64,000 nucleotides of DNA, from positions 55,614,001 through 55,678,000 of the forward strand of contig OZ320321.1 of the NCBI GenBank assembly GCA_976226885.1, given 5' to 3'. Position 1 is the first letter of the stretch. Each line of letters begins with the position of its first letter. Below are positions 23,266-31,182 of this stretch, one piece after another. The notes beneath the pieces were generated by a model. That model was not told the origin of the DNA, made no database searches, and worked only from the letters and a program-made list of their open reading frames with translations. The position numbers and the translations under genes are program-made. Source of the DNA: Iphione sp. A-MEVVRFRX5 (taxonomy: Eukaryota).

Positions 23266-26200
23266 GAGAACATAGCTCGCAGCAGCGGATTTGTCAAACT
23301 TGCTTACACAGTAACCTACAATGCTACTTTTCGGAGACCAATAAAATAGACTGAAAAAAAACCCAGAAACGCTGAGCAAAAGAAAAGTATTTTATTAATA
23401 GATGGTGGGCGTATGATGAAAACGGCCTAGATAGGGGATAGGAAAGCAGAGCAATAAGACACCGACGGGGTTTAGGTTGGCCTCGTGTCTTGAGGAACGT
23501 TGCAACTATCAATGAAGGTATATTTGGAAAGAGACGTCATCGCGAACGGCGTTCAAATGAGAGGGAGGGATTGTATCTCATAGGTCTCACTGAGGAATAG
23601 GTAGATGTTTATAAGATGTAATAATCGTATCTAATTATTTCCCCTCCTTCCTTCATCATCCCAGTTTATAACTTCATCTTAAGCGGTGGATTATTTTAAG
23701 TGCCTCGACTCCTGGCAGGGGCAACACTGTTTTGGACGATATACTACTAAACGGCAGCAACACAGTGGGGGAAGAAGGACCCTACTAGTCTAGCTCAGCA
23801 CTCTCTGCTGTCCTAAAGGCGACTTGCAGTAATGATCTGAAGGTAAAGAACAGGCGCACTTGACGCGAGGGCTGGTATATCTATGAACTCTATCCAAAAC
23901 TCAGTCCGCACGTATCTCGTGATTAACACGCCTGTCAGGTGAAGTCTAGTACTGACGTGGGTTTCAGTTGTTCAAGGAAAAACTAGTTTCGTAACCTGCT
24001 TGTCAAACCGTGGCTTTGTAAATATGCAAAAGGCGTATAAGAACAAACCTGGTGTAGCGTTCCGAACGGAACTCGGAACTAATCAGCATGTCATCTAAAG
24101 AGGAATTATATTTCTTCCTATGAATGAGCATTGATGTCCCACACCTTACGTTCGTCTCTCTCACATCTTGTAAACAACCTAATTTGATATAAGAGAATTT
24201 TACTCCATCTTTTATTCTGACATGGTGGTTTTGTACCGAGTGGAGGTGAAATATCAAAGAGCTAATAAGTTTGTTGCCTAATAGTTAACTATAAATCGAT
24301 GTTCTGTGAAGGGCATCCAGATATTTCTCTAAAGAACCAGTATAGTTTCATACCGAAAAGAAAAGGTTTATATCAAGCAGATAAATATAACTTAATGTTT
24401 ACTAAAAAGCTGAAACCGAGCCCACCTGTGCCTCGGCTGTTTCTCTGGCTTTGTATGGATGAAAGCTAATTAAATGCAAGAAATATTTCTCAGAGATATC
24501 ATTTATTATTAAGTAATCCTACTTGTGTGGCAGTTTTAGTAATCACGAGAACAAAAAAAGCCTTACTACAGCTGGTTCGTTGATGATTTCTTGCGATCTC
24601 GTGTAAATGTCTTACGTTGTGCGTGTCCTATCTTCAATCATATTAGAACCTTGTGATTTGAAGGTGACTGGAATAGATAACGTATAGTTTATTTATGCGG
24701 CCGGTATTTTGTTTTTGGTGACTGGCAGAGGAAAAAGGTCTGCGTATATAAGAAAGGACAAGGCGCCCTGGTGCGGGCTTAGCAGGCGCGCCATCAGACA
24801 ATAGATCGAGCGACAGTCGCACGCAATCTGTCTGCAAAGTCGAAGGAGGAGGTCAGAAAAGTCCGATGACTGACATAGAGTATTCCGACCAGAAAGGAGA
24901 TGCAATGATGGAGCACATCAAAAGTGTGACACATGACAGGCCATCCGACGCCTGGTCAAATATTAAAAAAAGGTCTGCGCTCTGTTGGAGCGCCAACATG
25001 CCGTCGAGTGTAACAAAACGTAATGGTGCAGGAAATATTTTAATTAATGTTATTATTGAAGTACATGTATTAAACTATAAGGGAGTGAAAAGAAGAGGAA
25101 GGGCTGAAATATTGGGGAGATTTTGTTCAGGTTTACTTTCGGCAGACTTTTTACTGGGGGGTTTGTTCAAATAATTACCACTAAATAATCTTTACGTAAG
25201 ACCCCTCTTCCCAACTATCAATTATGCCTGAGATCAATGACTTCGTGTCCTTGTGAGAAAAAAAAAGATTGGTAAGGGAAATGAGAAATGACGAAGCGCA
25301 AACACAAAATAATAAGAATGCACCTTTTCTTCCCTTGTATTGTCCGATCTTTGTCTCTCTCTACCAGCCTCCCCATCCGTCCTCCAATTTGCATGTACGT
25401 ATAGAAAAAAGAGTGGCTACGATCCTACTCTCAAGCTAGCCTACCCTGGTGAGTGAAACGCACTGTTCCAGAGGAGCCGGATAAAGTGAGGACTAAGTAC
25501 GATCATTCACAAGGACACCCTTACACACCGCGGGCACACCCACAACTGGTGCATGGTATTAAAAGTTGGTCCATGCAGTCGAGAGAGGGCAGAACAGAAA
25601 CCCTCGATTATCCATCGCTTCGCGGTTCAGAGCACAATCGGTTCCATTCGGTGGACCAATCCTGAACAGGGGCAGGCTGGTCATAGCGTGGAAAATGCGG
25701 ACCGAACGCCTAGCCAAATGGTAAGTAATCCCACGGGGACATCCGCACTCATATGTCTGTGTGAGTGGGCATGAAACCCCGACAAAGCGGCCCGCCGGGA
25801 TGAGGGACGAGCGGTTCCACGTAACACGGGTCCATGTCAGACCCGTCTTGGTGCGTCTCTTGGTCGGTCACACATGGCGAGGACGTGAGAGAAGAGCTGC
25901 TGCGAACAAGGGGCGGGGAGCCATCTTCTCTATGTCGAGTGGATTTGATAGACGACGGCAGAATGGAAATTCATTAAGGCTAGGAAGTCTGAAAATAATC
26001 ACGAACTGTATGCTTCTCACGGTGCGGAAAAAAAGGCACGATGGTAACAAAACACAAACTTCCCATATAAGATTATTTTATTTGGATTCCTAGAAATAAT
26101 AACATTCACTGACGTTCTTTTCCTTTTAGAATAACAACTTAATAATTCATTTGTTTGGGATAAACTTGTTAAGCTGTCAACTAACATTGGACACCAATCT

Positions 26201-26550
26201 CTTTATATGGTTGTCTCCACGTAAAAGCCAATGACATCTAGCTATGAACGTAAACGCCGGAGGTAAAGGCCATGGGGCACGGAAGAAGGAACAGGAAAAC
26301 ATGTCCGAGCTCGTCAACGTTAACGTTAATTGGTTTATTATAGAGCGCTGCAGGAAATACCGCCATAATGTACGTGACGATGCTGCAGCAGCGTTTGTCT
26401 TCGACTAACCTTCCCATGGCCGGGTTGTCTGAAATATCCGACGGTGAAGCTCCTGTCGGGTATGTTTGCCTCTGATTGTTCTTGCCAGATGTTCCTTCCC
26501 ATTCATCTGTCTGCAAACCTATAGGACTGTTGATCAGTAATGTGCGTATG

Positions 26551-26706
26551 TGTCTGCCTCTCTGTCTCTCTACCTCCCTGTCCCTCTCTCCTCCTTGTTT
26601 CTCAATTTCATTCTCTGTCTCAATGTGTGTGCCTGTCTGCCCCCTCCCGGTCCCCTTCTCCTCCTTTTTTCTCCATCTCGTTCTCTGTCTCAATTTCGGT
26701 TTCTCT
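26551..26706. repeat. CT-rich low-complexity tract
   Basis: Pyrimidine-rich tctctc/ccctc runs; explains several spurious ORFs. Confidence 0.8.
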
Positions 26707-27011
26707 CAAAAGGCAAAAAACATGCAGGGAAACAAGCTAGACAGTACAGTGTGCAAGATGGGCCAAAGGCACAGGAAACAATCGATCCGGAACAGGAGTC
26801 TATTGCATTAGCAATTCACCAGAAAGCAAGACGGCAACTCTTAAAGCGAACCCTATTTAGGCGGGGAATGACAGAGCTAGGCCTTTAGTATCATGAATAC
26901 TACATATGCTAATACTACTTTGATGACTGGCCACTGAGTACATGCATGCACTGGATACATGAACGTTGTAATAATGTAATCGATCTCATAATTGTTCAAT
27001 TGGGCTACGCT

Positions 27012-27152
27012 GTCCGTTAACCAGATGACGCTGGCTTCGAATTTAACCATTTTTGGGGGGGTCAAATGGCTTTCTGGGTAATTTCCATACATTTTACAGT
27101 AATCTACACGTTACAACTTGCATATTATAGTGAAGGACCCCTGGAATATATT
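27012..27152 (+). repeat. 141-bp direct repeat, left copy (putative B-type repeat)
   Basis: Identical by eye to 31042-31182 (gtccgttaaccagatgacg...ctggaatatatt). Confidence 0.97.
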
Positions 27153-27219
27153 GGGATATTACAGACGAAGTCGGTAATGCTTTATCGTCGCAACAGAGGG
27201 CGCCACGCTGGGCCCTGGC

Positions 27220-27260
27220 TATATATAGACGGGGCTACTACCTTACCGGGCCTCACTCTC
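27220..27260 (+). promoter_or_regulatory. Pol II core promoter of element 2: TATATATAG (27220-27228) and Inr CCTCACTCT (A+1 at 27255)
   Basis: TATA-to-Inr spacing is 33-35 nt; the Inr 9-mer is identical to element 1; gag ATG at 27322. Confidence 0.7.
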
Positions 27261-27321
27261 GTCGTGGCGCCCAGTTGCTGTTGTTGCCATTTGCTGAACG
27301 TACGACACGTACCACTGAGAA

Positions 27322-28233
27322 ATGGACGAGGAAATTGCAAAGAAATTCACCGAGCTTACTGACCTAATGGCGACAATGGTACAGCGCATTCAGAGCCTCG
27401 AAGAAAAGAAAGACGTGGACGTCGTGACAAGGTCGAAATCTAAGGCAGCCAAGAAGGACCCTCAACCTTCCACCTCCAAGGGCGCCGGTAACGATTCTGA
27501 GGTCACCTCTCAGCAGGACGCGGACCAAACAGACGACGACGAGGACTCCCCACCACCGGCCATGCTTAGGAAGGAAGGCGAACAATTATCTGACAGGCTC
27601 CTCACTGCAATTTACCCTCAGAAATTGCAAACAAAAGGTAAGGTGAAAATTATATCACCTGTTGACCACATTAGACTACCGGCTGCAGCTAACAAAGACA
27701 TTTCGAGCATGACTTTTCAACAATATGTCACAGCTGTCTTGTACATGGCATATCATCCGAGCCTCCCGTCTGATATAACTACTGAGAATTTGGTAGCACA
27801 TGTGAGGGAGGTCGCCCAGGAGCATATTGGTACCCCATGGCCACCACTGCGTAACTGGGCGGCTGAACTATGGCATGCTTACAATAATAAGCAATTCAAG
27901 TGGGGGGACGTTATGCTAGCCCAGCAGACAAAGCTTAGGGCAGCACTCGAGTTCCTCTCTTCACATCAGGATGAATATCTCCCCAAACCAAAGACTAACT
28001 GTGTTATATGTCCCAGTTGGGTGAGTGGCAAGTGTGAAGCACAGCACCCCAAGAATGAAGGCGTATATGATGTATTGCATTGTTGTCCAATCTGCTATTA
28101 CATCCACAATAAGCATCTTGACCATAGGTCCGACCAGTGCAGAATGAGAAGGAAGCTTGCAGGACAGCCCAAGCCCGACGACAGGCGCCCTGACAACCAG
28201 CAGCAGAGGCGCCGACAGGACGACTGGCAATAG
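27322..28233 (+). CDS. Gag-like ORF1 of element 2
   Basis: 303 aa; N-terminal coiled-coil-like segment (KKFTELTDLMATMVQRIQSLEEKK), core MTFQQYV...HVREVAQE..TPWPPLRNWAAELW..FKWGD, and a Cys/His cluster (CPSWVSGKC...HCCPICY..H..H..H...C). Confidence 0.88.
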   Translation: MDEEIAKKFTELTDLMATMVQRIQSLEEKKDVDVVTRSKSKAAKKDPQPSTSKGAGNDSEVTSQQDADQTDDDEDSPPPAMLRKEGEQLSDRLLTAIYPQKLQTKGKVKIISPVDHIRLPAAANKDISSMTFQQYVTAVLYMAYHPSLPSDITTENLVAHVREVAQEHIGTPWPPLRNWAAELWHAYNNKQFKWGDVMLAQQTKLRAALEFLSSHQDEYLPKPKTNCVICPSWVSGKCEAQHPKNEGVYDVLHCCPICYYIHNKHLDHRSDQCRMRRKLAGQPKPDDRRPDNQQQRRRQDDWQ

Positions 28234-30031
28234 GCAACTCGACTTCGATCCAGACGTCCCACTCACCTACGCACCCCAAGCCTCTGCACCATACACACCT
28301 TTCCAACCAGATTTCGACCGCGACGTCCCACTGAGAATCATCAAGTGGCCAAGGTCAACACACGCAGACCCAGTACTACAGACGTATGACAAAGTCAGGG
28401 CCACAGGAAGGCCCAATGTCCTCGAAGCCAGGACCCCCCTGGCATCGAACATTAATTTCTTTAACATTGTTAAAATCTTTGATGTCTCTTCTAATTTTGA
28501 CGCATTTATGTATGACTGTATCATATATGGCTTCCCCCTCGGTTACGTAGGCGCAAACCTGAACCCGGATGAAATTGACAATTATTTTTCAGCCACACAG
28601 CATGAAGAGCATGTCCAGGCCTACCTGGACAAAGAGCTTAGTCACTCCTCTATCGCAGGCCCATATGATTCTCCTCCCTTCTCCCCATGGTTCATACAGA
28701 GCCCAATGATGACACGCCCAAAGACAATCAATGAGAGGAGGGTCATAGTCGACCTGTCAGCTAACGGAGTTAATCAAAACATCCCATACGGTTCCTATTT
28801 CCACACACCATTCAGCATATCCCTCCCTTCCCCTCTTGACCTCATACGAAGTATTAATGAATTTTCCTCCCCACTGGTATGGACAATCGATTTGAGTAGG
28901 GCCTACAGGCAGTTCAGAATAGACCCCCTCGACTGGCCCCTACTTATTATTAAATGGAAGGGCAAGTACTATTTTGATCGCAGTCTCCCCTTTGGGACTA
29001 GGTTTTCCTCAGCCTTTCTCCAGAACATATCCGACAGAGTTAAAATTTACCTTACTAACCTCTACCCTAACCTGCGGGCTTTAGTATATCTCGACGATTT
29101 TGTTTTCGTCTCTGAAACACAACACGCTCAGCATATTTTTCAAGACATCCTCAATATATTTAAGGAATTCGGCCTGGAGCTCGCCCCCAAGAAGATAGTT
29201 CCCCCATGCAGAGAGTTTACATGGTTAGGGGTTCAATTCAATTTAACTGCCAACACAATGGCTATCCCTGAAGAAAAAATCCAAAAGCTGCTAACAATGA
29301 CACGATATCTTGTATATAGGAAAAAATGTACCTTCAAGAAGGCTCAGCAACTACTTGGGTTAATCAATCATGTCTCCAAGTGCCTTCTTCATTCCAGGTT
29401 GTTTGTAGCTAGGATCCTCAATCAGATGAGGCATGACCAAGCCCAAGGCAGTCCCCATCTCAAGATAACCGACCAGGTGAAGAAGGACCTTTATTGGTTT
29501 AACAAAATCCTCCCGGATTACTCAGGGATCTCCTATATTCCCAACAATGCCCCCCCTAGGATAGAGGTTCACTGTGACGCCTCCCTTTATGGGTTAGGCG
29601 CCTACTCGTCTTCGCTGATGTATGCAATGCCCATTCCACCAGCCCTAGCTGAGTGCAGCATGGCTCAGCTCGAAGGGGTTAACCTGGCCCTGGCCGTCAG
29701 GGCTCTTACCTCTAACCCCTCACATAAACCCATTAACATTACGGTTTACTGTGATAACCAGTCGGCTGTAGCGGCCTTCACATCGGGTAGGGCCCAAGAT
29801 AAGTTCTTACAGGCTAGCGCCAGGGCTTTGTGGCAGCACCAAGCTACTAATCATATCTTTATTCAATTTGTACATAAGCCAGGAGCCCAGATGATAGTGG
29901 CAGACGCCCTCTCGAGACTCGGTACTGAATCGAAATTTAGGGCTATATACAATTCATTCAGGAAAAGACACCCATGGATGCGCAGAGTATTCCCATCCCA
30001 TCAGCAGGTTAATACGATCCTACAATCTTGA
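28157..30031 (+). CDS. Reverse transcriptase + RNase H of element 2; coding probably begins at the splice acceptor 28310/28311
   Basis: WTIDLSRAYRQFRI, SLPFGTRFSS, LVYLDDFVF; RNase H VHCDAS, AQLEGVN, VYCDNQSAV, IVADALSR. The track start is TTG, and the first ATG (28508) is codon 118, downstream of the conserved WP...Y..V...G.PN motif. Confidence 0.96.
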   Translation: MQDSPSPTTGALTTSSRGADRTTGNRQLDFDPDVPLTYAPQASAPYTPFQPDFDRDVPLRIIKWPRSTHADPVLQTYDKVRATGRPNVLEARTPLASNINFFNIVKIFDVSSNFDAFMYDCIIYGFPLGYVGANLNPDEIDNYFSATQHEEHVQAYLDKELSHSSIAGPYDSPPFSPWFIQSPMMTRPKTINERRVIVDLSANGVNQNIPYGSYFHTPFSISLPSPLDLIRSINEFSSPLVWTIDLSRAYRQFRIDPLDWPLLIIKWKGKYYFDRSLPFGTRFSSAFLQNISDRVKIYLTNLYPNLRALVYLDDFVFVSETQHAQHIFQDILNIFKEFGLELAPKKIVPPCREFTWLGVQFNLTANTMAIPEEKIQKLLTMTRYLVYRKKCTFKKAQQLLGLINHVSKCLLHSRLFVARILNQMRHDQAQGSPHLKITDQVKKDLYWFNKILPDYSGISYIPNNAPPRIEVHCDASLYGLGAYSSSLMYAMPIPPALAECSMAQLEGVNLALAVRALTSNPSHKPINITVYCDNQSAVAAFTSGRAQDKFLQASARALWQHQATNHIFIQFVHKPGAQMIVADALSRLGTESKFRAIYNSFRKRHPWMRRVFPSHQQVNTILQS

Positions 30032-30996
30032 TTCCAGACCCCCGCCTCAGCAATCTTGCCATATCTGCGGCCAAGAGACAGGTCCAGGCTGTTACAGAGG
30101 ACACATTCAAGTCGCGCGTACGAATGCTCTCTCTCTTCATAGGATTCTGCAAACACTACCAGATAGACCATCAGGCCCTTGAGGTAGAAGAAGTCCTAGT
30201 TTATATAGAGTATCTGGTTTTGCACTTCACCCCCGTGGTAGTCTCACAAAACATTTCCGCAGTGAGGCATTTCTTCCCAAAAGGCTCTGTACCAGGTGAC
30301 TCACTTACCCATGCCAAGGTATCTCATGCTCTCAAGTCAGTGCAAAAGAACGCTAACCATATAGTCGACAGAAAGCTTCCTATTACTCCGGATATACTGT
30401 TTGATTTAGTTAGCCTTCTCAGCTCCCAGGGCCTCCTGGGCATTACCTTCAAGGCCATTTTCTTGTTTTTATTTTTCTCCCTGCTAAGGCAATCGAACTT
30501 ATTCAGTAGGCTGAATAAACCATTTGACCAGCAGAAACAGCTCCTTAGGAAGGATGTCCGTATTCTCCCCGACCACATTGAGGTTAAGGTCAAGTGGTCG
30601 AAGACAATTGCTGCTTCTTCCCCAAAGAAGATCTTCCTCCCTAACCTGAAGGGTTCCCCTCTTTGCCCCCACCATGCCCTCTCCGACCTGATCAACCACC
30701 AGCCCACGAGGAACCCCCTCCAACCCCTTTTTGCCTGCCCAGTGACCCAGCTACCCTTCACATCTGAAGCAGTTTCCAAAGTCCTCCTAGAGCTTTTAAG
30801 TGAGTCGGGTCACAATCCAAGGGCTTACTCGTTGCATAGTTTCAGAAGGGGGGGGGCCACAGCCCTGCAGGCATTGGGCGCCTCCCCTGAGGAGATCCGC
30901 GCCCAAGGTACATGGGCATCTACCTCCTCGTACCTAACCTACACTAGCGACGCCCTGAGATCCCTGGGCGCCGCCAACAAATTTACAAGCATTTAA
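30028..30996 (+). CDS. Tyrosine recombinase (YR) of element 2; coding probably begins at the splice acceptor 30037/30038
   Basis: R (FSLLRQSNL), K (KVKWSKT), HxxR (YSLHSFRRGGAT), W/Y (QGTWASTSSYLTY). The track start is a TTG overlapping the RT stop. Confidence 0.95.
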   Translation: MIPDPRLSNLAISAAKRQVQAVTEDTFKSRVRMLSLFIGFCKHYQIDHQALEVEEVLVYIEYLVLHFTPVVVSQNISAVRHFFPKGSVPGDSLTHAKVSHALKSVQKNANHIVDRKLPITPDILFDLVSLLSSQGLLGITFKAIFLFLFFSLLRQSNLFSRLNKPFDQQKQLLRKDVRILPDHIEVKVKWSKTIAASSPKKIFLPNLKGSPLCPHHALSDLINHQPTRNPLQPLFACPVTQLPFTSEAVSKVLLELLSESGHNPRAYSLHSFRRGGATALQALGASPEEIRAQGTWASTSSYLTYTSDALRSLGAANKFTSI

Positions 30997-31041
30997 ATTT
31001 CCTTCTCTCTCTGGCTATTGGCGTATTGGCGCCCAGGGATC

Positions 31042-31182
31042 GTCCGTTAACCAGATGACGCTGGCTTCGAATTTAACCATTTTTGGGGGGGTCAAATGGC
31101 TTTCTGGGTAATTTCCATACATTTTACAGTAATCTACACGTTACAACTTGCATATTATAGTGAAGGACCCCTGGAATATATT
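31042..31182 (+). repeat. 141-bp direct repeat, right copy
   Basis: Identical to 27012-27152. Confidence 0.97.

Larger units (their letters stand above)
27012..31182 (+). mobile_element. Ngaro-related tyrosine-recombinase retrotransposon (element 2) bounded by identical 141-bp direct repeats
   Basis: Intact gag-like, RT/RNase H and YR ORFs homologous to element 1 at protein level; direct repeats at 27012-27152 and 31042-31182. The outer boundaries are uncertain because no second copy of the promoter segment is seen. Confidence 0.92.

Noticed and set aside
26713-26888. Possible terminal host exon (…QETIDPEQESIALAIHQKARRQLLKRTLFRRGMTELGL*) after a pyrimidine tract
   Set aside because: Weak acceptor, no partner exons and no recognisable domain; not supportable without RNA data.
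31027-31041. TGGCGCCC resembling a tRNA-Lys primer-binding site
   Set aside because: Only 8 nt match; it lies upstream of the right repeat rather than after a 5' LTR, and it is better explained as a hairpin arm.
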